Below are positions 37,196 to 46,084 of a stretch of DNA of 64,000 nucleotides, one piece after another. The position numbers and the translations under genes are program-made. The DNA is taken from assembly GCA_963744405.1 (NCBI GenBank), contig CAVUTO010000020.1:24666-88665 (forward strand), read 5' to 3'. Position 1 is the first letter of the stretch. Every line of letters begins with the position of its first letter. The notes beneath the pieces were generated by a model. It saw only the letters and a program-made list of their open reading frames with translations, was not told where the DNA came from and searched no databases. Source of the stretch: Vicinamibacterales bacterium (GTDB lineage Bacteria; Acidobacteriota; Vicinamibacteria; Vicinamibacterales; JAMQPK01).

Positions 37196-38450
37196 GCGGC
37201 TGTCGGCGCTGATAGATCGCATCTACGGACGGAATCCGTTCTATACGCGAAAGCTCGACGCGGCTGGACTTGATCCGGCCTCGCTGAGGTTTCCGCGTGA
37301 TCTGTCCAAGCTGCCGGTGACGACGAAAAGCGAGCTGGTTGCCGATCAGCAATCCTCGCCGCCGTGGGGCACGAATCTCACAGAGCCGCTCGACCGATAC
37401 ACCCGGTATAACCAGACATCGTCCACGACGGGAAGCCCGCTTCGCTGGCTCGACACGAACGAAAGTTGGCAGTGGATGCTCGAGTGCTGGAAAGCCGTCT
37501 ATGAGGGCGCGAAGGTCGATTCGCGCGATCGCATCTTCTTTCCGTTTTCCTTCGGGCCGTTCCTCGGATTCTGGACGGCGTTCGAAGCGGGCTGCCAAAT
37601 CGGGGCCCTCTGCATTCCTGCCGGCGGCATGTCGAGCCAGGCGCGTCTCGCGATGATCGAGACATTGCGGCCGACGATCGTCTGCTGCACGCCGACATAC
37701 GCCCTTCGATTGCTCGAGGTCTCTGGTGAAGAGCGCGACGGCAAGCCCGATCTCTCCAAGAGCTCTGTGCGCATGCTGATCGTGGCAGGGGAGGCGGGTG
37801 GAAGTATTCCGTCGACGCGCGAACGGATCGAAAAAGGCTGGGGAGCGCGGGTGATCGACCATCACGGGCTCACCGAAGTTGGTCCGATCAGCTTCGAATG
37901 CTGGGAGGCTCCTGGCGCACTTCATCTGAACGAGGCTGAATACATCTGTGAGATTCTCGAGACCGACTCGGATCGACCGGTCGCGGACGGCGAACGGGGC
38001 GAGCTCGTGGTGACGAACCTCGGCCGGGCACCCAGTCCGCTGATTCGCTATCGCACCGGCGACATCGTCGTCCGGCGATCCGGCTCGTGCGCGTGCGGGA
38101 GCGGTTTTGCCCGTCTCGAAGGCGGCATCCTCTCGCGCGCCGACGACATGGTGAACGTGCGCGGCGTCAACGTCTATCCGTCTGCCGTTGAAGCGGTTGT
38201 GCGCCGGTTTCCCGAAGTGGGAGAGGACCGCGCCACTGTGACGGCAAATGGCGCGCTGCGGGAGCTGTCGATCGAGATAGAGATGGGTGGCGCTGATAGC
38301 GGAGCGGACGCCGCCGCGCGCATCGCGGCCGCGCTTCGCGAATCTCTCGGCCTGACGGTGCCTCTGCGTGTCGTCGATGCCGGCTCGCTTCCGCGCTTTG
38401 AAATGAAGGCCCGGCGGTTTGTAATTGCAGACCAGGGTCAGTCACCGTAG
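37170..38450 (+). CDS. Phenylacetate-CoA ligase family protein (PaaK / F390-synthetase-like aryl-acid ligase)
   Basis: 426-aa intact ORF with FYTRKLDAAG, QTSSTTGSPLRW (AMP motif), YRTGD and VNVRGVNVYP. Confidence 0.88.
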   Translation: MAQASRSAERLSALIDRIYGRNPFYTRKLDAAGLDPASLRFPRDLSKLPVTTKSELVADQQSSPPWGTNLTEPLDRYTRYNQTSSTTGSPLRWLDTNESWQWMLECWKAVYEGAKVDSRDRIFFPFSFGPFLGFWTAFEAGCQIGALCIPAGGMSSQARLAMIETLRPTIVCCTPTYALRLLEVSGEERDGKPDLSKSSVRMLIVAGEAGGSIPSTRERIEKGWGARVIDHHGLTEVGPISFECWEAPGALHLNEAEYICEILETDSDRPVADGERGELVVTNLGRAPSPLIRYRTGDIVVRRSGSCACGSGFARLEGGILSRADDMVNVRGVNVYPSAVEAVVRRFPEVGEDRATVTANGALRELSIEIEMGGADSGADAAARIAAALRESLGLTVPLRVVDAGSLPRFEMKARRFVIADQGQSP

Positions 38451-38487
38451 GGCTCAACTTAACGTAGGGCTCAACTTAAGTTGAGCC
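38446..38487 (+). terminator. Perfect 20-nt palindrome GGCTCAACTTAAGTTGAGCC with 16-nt direct repeat
   Basis: Palindrome at 38468-38487. CGTAGGGCTCAACTTA occurs at 38446-38461 (includes the stop codon) and again at 38463-38478. No U-tract. Confidence 0.5.
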
Positions 38488-38515
38488 TTACCGTTGTACG
38501 GTTAGGGATTAGGGA

Positions 38516-38836
38516 TTGGCTGGAGTGACACCGGAGATGCTGATCGAGCAGATGCGCAGCGGGCGTGCGCCGTTGATTCTCGACGTGCGCTCGAAGCGCG
38601 AGTTTGACGATGGCCACGTGCCCGGCGCCGTTCACGTTCCGTTTTGGCAGGTCGGCCGGCATTGGCGGAAATTTGTGTCGGCCCGCGAGCTGCCCGTTGT
38701 GGTGTACTGCGGTCATGGGCCGCGTGCCTACATGGCTGGCGCGTCGCTGAAGCGCAGAGGATTCACGAACGTGGTCTATCTGTCCGGACACATGAAAAGG
38801 TGGAAGGACATGAATCTTCCGCTCGAGGGGAAATAA
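38516..38836 (+). CDS. Rhodanese-like domain protein
   Basis: LILDVRSKREFDDGHVPGAVHVP and the active-site loop YCGHGPRA. Its stop overlaps the next ATG (TAATG). Confidence 0.85.
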   Translation: MAGVTPEMLIEQMRSGRAPLILDVRSKREFDDGHVPGAVHVPFWQVGRHWRKFVSARELPVVVYCGHGPRAYMAGASLKRRGFTNVVYLSGHMKRWKDMNLPLEGK

Positions 38837-40107
38837 TGGCGTCCATTTTCCGTGCTATCGCCGGCGTCACTGCGGTCCTGGGCCTGGCCTCCGCCTTCAC
38901 GCTTGCGCAGCAGGTCGAGGTGCGCATGGTGACCGTGGAAGGAGAGGGCACGAAGTACTGGCCCGTGTGGCGCGGTCCTTCGGGGCAGGGGCTCGTCACC
39001 GGGACGTATCCCGACAGTTGGTCTGCAACCGAAAACGTCGCGTGGAAGAAACCCGTAGCAGGCCGCGGCAACTCTTCCCCCATCGTCTGGGCCGACAGAA
39101 TTTTTCTGACGACCGCCCACGACGGCGGTCGCCGCGTGTCGTTGATTGCGTTCCGGCGGTCCGATGGCACGCAGTTATGGGAGACGTTCGCGCCCGACGG
39201 CAGAACAGGCCGCGCGCACTACAAGAACGGGCACGCCTCTGCGACGGCCTTGACCGACGGCACGCTCGTTTATGCGTCCTTCGGCAGCCGGGGGTTGGCG
39301 GCTTTCGACTTCAACGGCAAGCTCGTCTGGCACAAGGACCTGGGCGACGTCGACAACTATCACGGCGCGGCGGGGTCGCCGCTGCTTTACAAGAATCGCG
39401 TGATTCTCTATCAGGATTTTGACGGAGGCTCGTTTGTCGCCGCTTTCGACTCGCGCACCGGTAAGGAGCTGTGGCGCACTCCGCGGCGTGCGTCGGTCGG
39501 ATGGGGCACGCCGGTGGCGGTGCGCGTCGGCACGCGCGACGAGATCATCGTCAGCAGCCAGAGCGCCGTCACGGCATACGATCCCGACAGCGGCCGCGAG
39601 CTCTGGGTCTGCGATGGCAATTCTTTCGAAGTGATTCCGACTCCCGTCGTCGGCCACGGCCTCGTGTTCGCGTCATCGGGCCGCGTTGGGCCGACGTTGG
39701 CGATTCGGCCGGGAGGCCGCGGGAACGTGACGCGCACGCATCTCGCCTGGACGAGTCCGAAGGGGTCGCCGTTTGTGCCTTCGCCTATCGTCGTCGGCGA
39801 TCAGCTCTACATGGTGAACGACATGGCGAGCGTCGTCACCTCGTTCGACGCGGCTACGGGAAAAGTACTATGGCAGGGAAGACTGGGCGTGGCTCAGCGC
39901 GAAGGGTTTTCGGCATCGCCTGTCGCCGTTGACGGGAAAGTCTTCTTCACGAACGATCAAGGAGAGACGTTCGTGGTCAAGGCCGGCCCCACGTTCGAAC
40001 TGCTGCGCACCAATAGAATCGGCGAAACGACGCTGGCCTCGCCGGCGCTCGTCGACGGCCGCTGGTACATCAGGACGGATCGAAGCCTATTCGCCATCGG
40101 GAAATAG
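38836..40107 (+). CDS. PQQ-like beta-propeller repeat protein P3
   Basis: ATG 38836, signal peptide MASIFRAIAGVTAVLGLASAFTLAQQ, YWPVWRGPSGQG, ENVAWKKPVAGRGNSSPIVWADRIFL. Confidence 0.9.
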   Translation: MASIFRAIAGVTAVLGLASAFTLAQQVEVRMVTVEGEGTKYWPVWRGPSGQGLVTGTYPDSWSATENVAWKKPVAGRGNSSPIVWADRIFLTTAHDGGRRVSLIAFRRSDGTQLWETFAPDGRTGRAHYKNGHASATALTDGTLVYASFGSRGLAAFDFNGKLVWHKDLGDVDNYHGAAGSPLLYKNRVILYQDFDGGSFVAAFDSRTGKELWRTPRRASVGWGTPVAVRVGTRDEIIVSSQSAVTAYDPDSGRELWVCDGNSFEVIPTPVVGHGLVFASSGRVGPTLAIRPGGRGNVTRTHLAWTSPKGSPFVPSPIVVGDQLYMVNDMASVVTSFDAATGKVLWQGRLGVAQREGFSASPVAVDGKVFFTNDQGETFVVKAGPTFELLRTNRIGETTLASPALVDGRWYIRTDRSLFAIGK

Positions 40108-40116
40108 GGCGAATAA

Positions 40117-40164
40117 GGGGTCGGGAGGGTTTTCCTTCGACGCCGCGAAAACCCTCCAGACCCC
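40117..40164. terminator. Bidirectional hairpin between convergent propeller genes
   Basis: GGGGTCGGGAGGGTTTTC (40117-40134) pairs with GAAAACCCTCCAGACCCC (40147-40164), followed by TTTTATTTT. Confidence 0.7.
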
Positions 40165-40167
40165 ATT

Positions 40168-41490
40168 TTATTTTCCGATCGCGATTACCGCGTCGTCGGT
40201 GCGGATGAAAATTCGTCCACCAGACACGGCCGGCGAGGCAAGTTGTCGGGCGTTCAGCCGGTTCCGCGCGAGAACACGAGGGTTCTGTCCCGCGGAGAGC
40301 ACGATTGTCTGGCCATCCTCGCTCAACAGATAGATTTTGCCGTCGGCTGCAACAGGCGACGCGGTGAAAACGCCACCCGTTCGTTCCTGCCATACGCGCT
40401 GTCCGGTGCGTGCATCGATAGCACTCAGGACACCCACGTCGCCCGCCATGTAGAGCAGTCCGTTGTAGTGGACGAGCGACGAGACGTATGGCGCGCCCGT
40501 GTCGACGCGCCACGTGACGTGGCTCTTGCTGACGTCGCCCTTGCCCCCCGGCCGAATGGCCATGTACGGTCCGCTGCGGTATCCGCGGCTCGTGTAGATC
40601 GTGCCCTCGTGGAAGACAGGCATCGGTATCGGAAAGCGATTTTGCTCCTGAATGTGCCACAAGAGCTCGCCGGTTGCTGCATTGTGCCCGCTGACGCCTT
40701 CGCTCGAGTTCACGATCAGCTCGTGGGTACCGCCGGACTGGACAACCAGCGGTGTGCTGTAGGAGTTGAAGCTGCCGCCGCGATCGACGCGCCACTTCGT
40801 CTTGCCTGACGCCGTATCGAGGTTCAGCAGGTACGAATCGGTATCGTGATAGCAGATCAGAATCAGCGAATCGTTGAAGATCGCAGGCGAGCTGCTGTGG
40901 CCCCAGTTGATGTTGAACGGCGCGTATTCCAGGCCCAGATGCCGCGACCAGACGAGCTTGCCGGACATGTCGAGCGAGACGATCTGGCCCGTGCCGAACC
41001 ACGCGTAGACGCGCCGGCCGTCGGTAACCGGACTCGACGAGGCGAGATTGTGCTTGTCGTGCACCTCGGCGAGTTGTCCCTCTGCCGGCAGTTCGTACTC
41101 CCACACCTTGCGGCCATCGACGCGGTTCAACGCCGTGACGAGAAACACGACTTTGCCAGTGGCAGCTGCGGGGCCGCCACCGAGCGCGCGTTCTCCGGCC
41201 TCAGATGGATTACCGCCCTGCACGAGCGTCGGATGGTTGCCGGCTCGCCGAGCGCTGCGCCCGATCTGCGATGTCACGAACACGTGATCGCCCCACACGA
41301 TAGGCGACGAAATGCCGAGTCCGCGAACCGATGCTTTCCAGGCGACGTTCTCCGTGTCGCTCCAGCGCTCGGGCAAACCGGTTTCAGTGGAGACGCCCGT
41401 CGACGCCGGGCCTCTCCAATGCGGCCAATTGTCGGCGCGCACTTGCGCGAACGGCAGCACACACATCACGGCGAGAGCGAAGAGTCTCAT
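40168..41490 (-). CDS. PQQ-like beta-propeller repeat protein P4
   Basis: 440-aa ORF with signal peptide MRLFALAVMCVLPFAQVRA, NWPHWRGPASTG, ENVAWKASVRGLGISSPIVWGDHVFV. Confidence 0.9.
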   Translation of the reverse strand: MRLFALAVMCVLPFAQVRADNWPHWRGPASTGVSTETGLPERWSDTENVAWKASVRGLGISSPIVWGDHVFVTSQIGRSARRAGNHPTLVQGGNPSEAGERALGGGPAAATGKVVFLVTALNRVDGRKVWEYELPAEGQLAEVHDKHNLASSSPVTDGRRVYAWFGTGQIVSLDMSGKLVWSRHLGLEYAPFNINWGHSSSPAIFNDSLILICYHDTDSYLLNLDTASGKTKWRVDRGGSFNSYSTPLVVQSGGTHELIVNSSEGVSGHNAATGELLWHIQEQNRFPIPMPVFHEGTIYTSRGYRSGPYMAIRPGGKGDVSKSHVTWRVDTGAPYVSSLVHYNGLLYMAGDVGVLSAIDARTGQRVWQERTGGVFTASPVAADGKIYLLSEDGQTIVLSAGQNPRVLARNRLNARQLASPAVSGGRIFIRTDDAVIAIGK

Positions 41491-41619
41491 GGTGTCCTCG
41501 CCGCCATTATCGCGTGTTTGGTTGCCGTCGCGACACGTTCGAGCGCTTCACGAGTCCTTCATCTTCGCCGCGGCCCTCGTCTGGTAAACTCGCTGTCTTA
41601 ACCGAGAGTATTCCTATTC

Positions 41620-42936
41620 ATGCGCACCGTTCATGGCATCGCTGCTGCTCTCGTCGCTGTTCCCCTCGCGCTCGCGCCACTGGCGCAGGCGCCGACGGCA
41701 GATCGCTATTGGCCGCAGTGGCGGGGACCGCTCGCCAACGGGATTTCCCGGACCGCGAATCCCCCAACCGAATGGGGTGAAAGCAAGAACGTCAGGTGGA
41801 AGGTCGAGATTCCTGGACGGGGTTCGGCTTCTCCGGTGATTTGGGGAGATCGTGTGTTCGTGCTCACCGCGATTCCCGCCGCCGCGAGCGTGACGGACTC
41901 TCACGCCCCGCGGGGAGGCGTGAACCCCAGGAGCGTGCATCGGTATGTGGTGATGGCGCTCGACCGCCGGGACGGCCGTGTCGTGTGGCAGCAGACCGCG
42001 CGCGAAGAAGCCCCTCACGAGGCCTCGCACCAGGACAACGGCACGTGGGCTTCGGCGTCGGCGATGACAGACGGCCAGCACGTAATCGCGTCGTTCGAGT
42101 CGCGCGGCATTTACGCGTACGACATGAACGGCAAGCTGGTCTGGCAGAAAGATCTCGGCGACAAGTCAATGCGCAACGAGTTCGGCGAAGGCAGCACGCC
42201 GGTGCTCTACCGCAACCGCCTCGTTGTCGTGTGGGATCACACGAAAGGGTCCTACATCACAGCGCTGGACAAGAACACTGGCAACGAGCTCTGGCGTGTC
42301 ACGCGCGACGAAATCGACACGTGGGCGACTCCCTACGTCGTCGAGCACGATGGCCGTGCTCAAGTGATCGTGCCCGGCATGAACAAGCTGCACAGCTACG
42401 ATCTCGAGACCGGCGCCGTTGTGTGGCACAGCCAGGGATTGACGATGAACCCTATCCCCTCGCCGGTGGGCGAAGACGGTATCGTCATCGCGACGAGCGG
42501 GTTTCGGGGCAACAATCTCAAGGCCATCCGCATCGCCGACGCGAAAGGTGATCTCACAGGTTCGAAGGCGATTGTGTGGTCGCTCGATCGCGACACGCCG
42601 TACGTGCCGTCGCCCGTTCTCTACGACGGGTTCTTGTATCTCCTGAAGAGCAACTCGCCGATCGTGTCGGTGTTCGACGCGAAAACGGGCAAGCCGCACT
42701 ATCAACTTCAGCGGCTCGACGGATTGTCTGAGGTGTTCTCGTCGCCAGTGGGGGCCGCCGGACGCGTCTATATCACCGGCCGCGACGGCACGACGGTCGT
42801 GCTTCGAAACGGCGGGTCGTTCGACGTGCTCGCGAAGAACGTGCTGGACGACGGGTTCGACGCCTCGCCGGCGCTCGTCGACAGCGAGATGTACATGCGC
42901 GGCTATCGCTATCTCTACAGTCTCGGGGCCAAGTGA
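41620..42936 (+). CDS. PQQ-like beta-propeller repeat protein P5
   Basis: 438-aa ORF with a signal peptide, YWPQWRGPLANG, KNVRWKVEIPGRGSASPVIWGDRVFV. Confidence 0.9.
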   Translation: MRTVHGIAAALVAVPLALAPLAQAPTADRYWPQWRGPLANGISRTANPPTEWGESKNVRWKVEIPGRGSASPVIWGDRVFVLTAIPAAASVTDSHAPRGGVNPRSVHRYVVMALDRRDGRVVWQQTAREEAPHEASHQDNGTWASASAMTDGQHVIASFESRGIYAYDMNGKLVWQKDLGDKSMRNEFGEGSTPVLYRNRLVVVWDHTKGSYITALDKNTGNELWRVTRDEIDTWATPYVVEHDGRAQVIVPGMNKLHSYDLETGAVVWHSQGLTMNPIPSPVGEDGIVIATSGFRGNNLKAIRIADAKGDLTGSKAIVWSLDRDTPYVPSPVLYDGFLYLLKSNSPIVSVFDAKTGKPHYQLQRLDGLSEVFSSPVGAAGRVYITGRDGTTVVLRNGGSFDVLAKNVLDDGFDASPALVDSEMYMRGYRYLYSLGAK

Positions 42937-44240
42937 ATCCAGACGTCATCGTCATAGGCGGGGGGCCCGCCGGGTCAACCACATCCACCCTCATTGCTCA
43001 GCGGGGCTATCGTGTGCAGCTCTTCGAGCGCGATCGATTCCCGCGCTTTCATATCGGCGAGTCGCTGATTCCCGAAACCTACTGGGTGCTGCAGCGGCTG
43101 AGCATGCTTCCGAAGATGCGAGCCAGCCCGTTCGTGAAGAAATACAGCGTTCAGTTCGTCAATTCACGCGGCAGGGAGTCGGCGCCGTTCTACTTCTGGG
43201 ACAACAAGCCGCACGAGTGCTCGCAGACCTGGCAGGTCGTCCGCAGCGAATTCGACAAGATGATGCTCGAGAACGCGCGAGAGCATGGCGTCGATGCGCA
43301 AGAGAGCGTTCGCGTCCTGGAAGTGCTGTTCGACGGCGATCGTGCCGCCGGAGTGAAGATTCGCGACCATCAGAACAACGATCGCGACGTGTTCGCAAAG
43401 GTCGTCGTCGATGCGAGCGGCCAGACGGCTATGCTGCAGAATCGGTTCAAGCTGCGGCTCTGGGACCCGGTCCTGAACAAAGGCGCGATCTGGACCTACT
43501 GGGAGAACGCTTACCGCGACACGGGCCGCGACGAAGGCGCCACGCTGGTGATTCAGACCGGCGACAACCAAGGCTGGTTCTGGTACATCCCGCAGCACGA
43601 CAATGTCGTGAGCGTCGGCGTGGTCGCGCCGTTCGAGCATCTGTTCAACAAGGGCCGCGAGAGCCACGAAAAAACCTACGAGGATGAGGTCGAGAAGGCG
43701 CCTGGCGTGAAGCAGCGCCTCGCGAATGCGAAGCGCGTGACCGGCTACTTCGTGACGAAGGACTACTCGTATCGCGCGAAGCAGGTTGCCGGCAACGGCT
43801 GGGTGCTCGTCGGCGATGCGTTCGGGTTTCTCGATCCCCTGTACTCGTCCGGAGTGCTGCTCGCGTTGAAATCGGGCCAGCTCGCCGCCGACGCGATCGT
43901 CGTTGGGTTGGAAAAAGGGGACACGTCCGCCGCGCAGCTGGGTGCGTGGGGCGAGAATTTCAACCGCGGCGTGGATCGCATGCGGCGGCTGGTTTGCGAG
44001 TACTACGCGGGCTTCAGTTTCGGCGATTTTGTCAAAAATTACCCCGAGCTTCGGGGCACGGTCACCGACCTCTTGATCGGCGATCTCTTCGACGATCGCG
44101 TCGACAAAGTGTGGGCGCCGATGGAATCGCTGTACAAGCCGGGGAAATCGCGCATTCAGGATTGGACAGAGGGGACGGCGTCTGACGAAGCGGCAAACAA
44201 GGCGAACGAGCTGATCTTGCCCGAGGGGCGGAGGCGGTGA
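42933..44240 (+). CDS. FAD-dependent oxidoreductase with flavin-dependent-halogenase-like motifs
   Basis: GTG 42933 overlaps the P5 stop (GTGA). Motifs [11 protein letters not shown] (GxGxxG), [25 protein letters not shown] (WxWxIP) and [14 protein letters not shown]. No signal peptide. Confidence 0.8.
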   Translation: MNPDVIVIGGGPAGSTTSTLIAQRGYRVQLFERDRFPRFHIGESLIPETYWVLQRLSMLPKMRASPFVKKYSVQFVNSRGRESAPFYFWDNKPHECSQTWQVVRSEFDKMMLENAREHGVDAQESVRVLEVLFDGDRAAGVKIRDHQNNDRDVFAKVVVDASGQTAMLQNRFKLRLWDPVLNKGAIWTYWENAYRDTGRDEGATLVIQTGDNQGWFWYIPQHDNVVSVGVVAPFEHLFNKGRESHEKTYEDEVEKAPGVKQRLANAKRVTGYFVTKDYSYRAKQVAGNGWVLVGDAFGFLDPLYSSGVLLALKSGQLAADAIVVGLEKGDTSAAQLGAWGENFNRGVDRMRRLVCEYYAGFSFGDFVKNYPELRGTVTDLLIGDLFDDRVDKVWAPMESLYKPGKSRIQDWTEGTASDEAANKANELILPEGRRR

Positions 44241-45496
44241 TGCGAGTACTCGGTGTTGCGTTCTGCATACTGCTCAGTTGCGTAGGGACGGCTCGCGCGG
44301 AGAACTGGCCGCAATGGCGAGGTCCGTCGTTAAACGGCATCAGCCCAGAGACGAACCTGCCTGTGAAGTGGACGACGACGGAGAACATCGCGTGGAAGCT
44401 GCCGATGCCGGAGTTGTCGGGATCGACACCAATCGTCTGGGGCGACCGCATCTTTCTGAATGTCGCAGAGAAAGGTAGCCTGTTCCTGTGGGCGGTCGAT
44501 CGCAACAAGGGCGAGCCGATTTGGAAGCGCCATCTGAGCGACGGCGACAACCGGCAGCGTAAGCAGAACATGTCGACGCCGTCGCCTGTGACCGACGGCA
44601 CGAATGTGTGGGTGATGACCGGCACCGGCATCCTCAAGGCCTTCGACTTCAACGGCAAAGAGTTGTGGATGCGCGATATCCAGAAAGAGTACGGGCGCTT
44701 TGGCCTGAACTGGGGCTACGGATCGTCGCCGCTGATGCACGGCGATTCGCTGTTCGTGCAGGTGCTGCACGGCATGAAGACGGACGATCCGTCCTACATC
44801 CTGCGCATCAGCAAGGCGAACGGGCGCACCATATGGCGCCAGGAACGGCCGACGATCGCGCAGCGCGAGTCGCCTGACTCGTACACGACGCCTGCCATCG
44901 TGCGGCACGGTAACAACCTCGAGCTGGTCATCACCGGCGGCGATGCGGTGACGGGGCACGACGTCAACACAGGCCAAGAGCTGTGGCGCGCGGATGTGCT
45001 GAATCCCACCAACGATCTCGCGTACCGGATCGTCGCGTCGCCGGTCGTGCACGGCGAGCTCATCATCGCGCCAACGCGCGAACGGCCGATGGTGGTGATG
45101 CGGCCGGGCGGTCGCGGCGACGTCGCCAAAACGCACATCCTGTGGGAATTCCAAAACGGCCCTGATGTGCCGACGCCGGTCACCGATGGCACGTACCTCT
45201 ATGTCGTGAACGATCGCGGCATCATGTGGTGCCTCGACCCAAAAACGGGCAAGGAAATCTACGGAAAGCAGCGCCTGCGCCCGAGCACCTACAGCGGCTC
45301 GTTCACGCTGGCCGACGGCAAGCTCTACATCACGAACGAAGACGGGCTGACGACGGTGCTTCGCGCGGGTCCGAAGTTCGAGATTCTCGCGGAGAACGAC
45401 TTTGCTGATTATTCGCTGAGCACGCCTGCGGTGTCGGAAGGACAGATCTTCATTCGCACCACGGGCGCGCTGTGGGCGATTGGACAACGCAAATGA
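44240..45496 (+). CDS. PQQ-like beta-propeller repeat protein P6
   Basis: ATG 44240 overlaps the stop of the FAD enzyme (TGATG), with GGAGG upstream. [38 protein letters not shown]. Confidence 0.9.
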   Translation: MRVLGVAFCILLSCVGTARAENWPQWRGPSLNGISPETNLPVKWTTTENIAWKLPMPELSGSTPIVWGDRIFLNVAEKGSLFLWAVDRNKGEPIWKRHLSDGDNRQRKQNMSTPSPVTDGTNVWVMTGTGILKAFDFNGKELWMRDIQKEYGRFGLNWGYGSSPLMHGDSLFVQVLHGMKTDDPSYILRISKANGRTIWRQERPTIAQRESPDSYTTPAIVRHGNNLELVITGGDAVTGHDVNTGQELWRADVLNPTNDLAYRIVASPVVHGELIIAPTRERPMVVMRPGGRGDVAKTHILWEFQNGPDVPTPVTDGTYLYVVNDRGIMWCLDPKTGKEIYGKQRLRPSTYSGSFTLADGKLYITNEDGLTTVLRAGPKFEILAENDFADYSLSTPAVSEGQIFIRTTGALWAIGQRK

Positions 45497-45535
45497 GAAT
45501 TGGAAGATTGGTAGATTTAGATTGCCAGATTAGAA
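45497..45535. repeat. Simple repeat (TTGGAAGATTGG type)
   Basis: GAATTGGAAGATTGGTAGATTTAGATTGCCAGATTAGAA fills the spacer. Duplicated and expanded at 48542-48597. Confidence 0.8.
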
Positions 45536-46084
45536 ATGCACGACAGCGCGCTGGTCGCGTTTTATCGAGGCGACGGACGCGATCATCGAGGCCGCTCGCT
45601 GAGCGATATCCACGAGTTCGACTTCTACGAGCTCGAATTTCATCACGACTACATCCAGTGGCTCTTCCCACTTCCTGAGCCGAGCGGCGCGAACGAGTCG
45701 GCGCCGTTGCTGTCAGAGCGCGACATCGCCGCATTTGCGTCAGACGACTCGCTCAGGAAAGCGCTGTTGCAATCATTGGAGCTCATGCTGCAGTTCTATT
45801 GCCTCGAGCCCGCAGTCCGCGGCGAGTCTGTCGAAGTCGTGCGCGGCCCCAACTACGACGAGCGGAGCGCTCTCTGGCTGACGGCCGGAAATCATAACTT
45901 CCTGCGCATCAGCAGGATGCTGCGCTCGCTGACGCTCCTGGGCTGTTCGGGCTACGCTGCGGCCTTGCTCGAGTGTCTCGAGGATATCTACGCTGAGAAC
46001 GCGCAGGCAATCGGCAATACGCCCATCGGGTACTGGCGCCGCGCCATAATGGGCCAGTCGTATGCCCCTCGCCGCTGGAACTAG
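45536..46084 (+). CDS. Opioid-growth-factor-receptor (OGFr) N-terminal-domain-like protein, copy 1
   Basis: HHDYIQWLFPLPEPSGAN and NHNFLRISRMLRSL match my recollection of the bacterial OGFr_N-like family. Confidence 0.75.
   Translation: MHDSALVAFYRGDGRDHRGRSLSDIHEFDFYELEFHHDYIQWLFPLPEPSGANESAPLLSERDIAAFASDDSLRKALLQSLELMLQFYCLEPAVRGESVEVVRGPNYDERSALWLTAGNHNFLRISRMLRSLTLLGCSGYAAALLECLEDIYAENAQAIGNTPIGYWRRAIMGQSYAPRRWN

Noticed and set aside
42933-44240. Annotating the FAD enzyme firmly as a halogenase.
   Set aside because: The WxWxIP and IGESLIP motifs fit. However, geranylgeranyl-reductase-like FAD oxidoreductases share the overall fold, and I cannot verify the catalytic Lys/Glu geometry without alignment or a structure. 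Therefore called halogenase-like only.
38836-45496. Interpreting the propellers as PQQ-dependent dehydrogenases (quinoproteins).
   Set aside because: They are about 420-510 aa rather than the 600-700 aa I expect for quinoprotein dehydrogenases. I see no cytochrome c domain and no pqqABCDE genes in the window. Kept as PQQ-like-repeat (BamB-like) propellers of unknown function.
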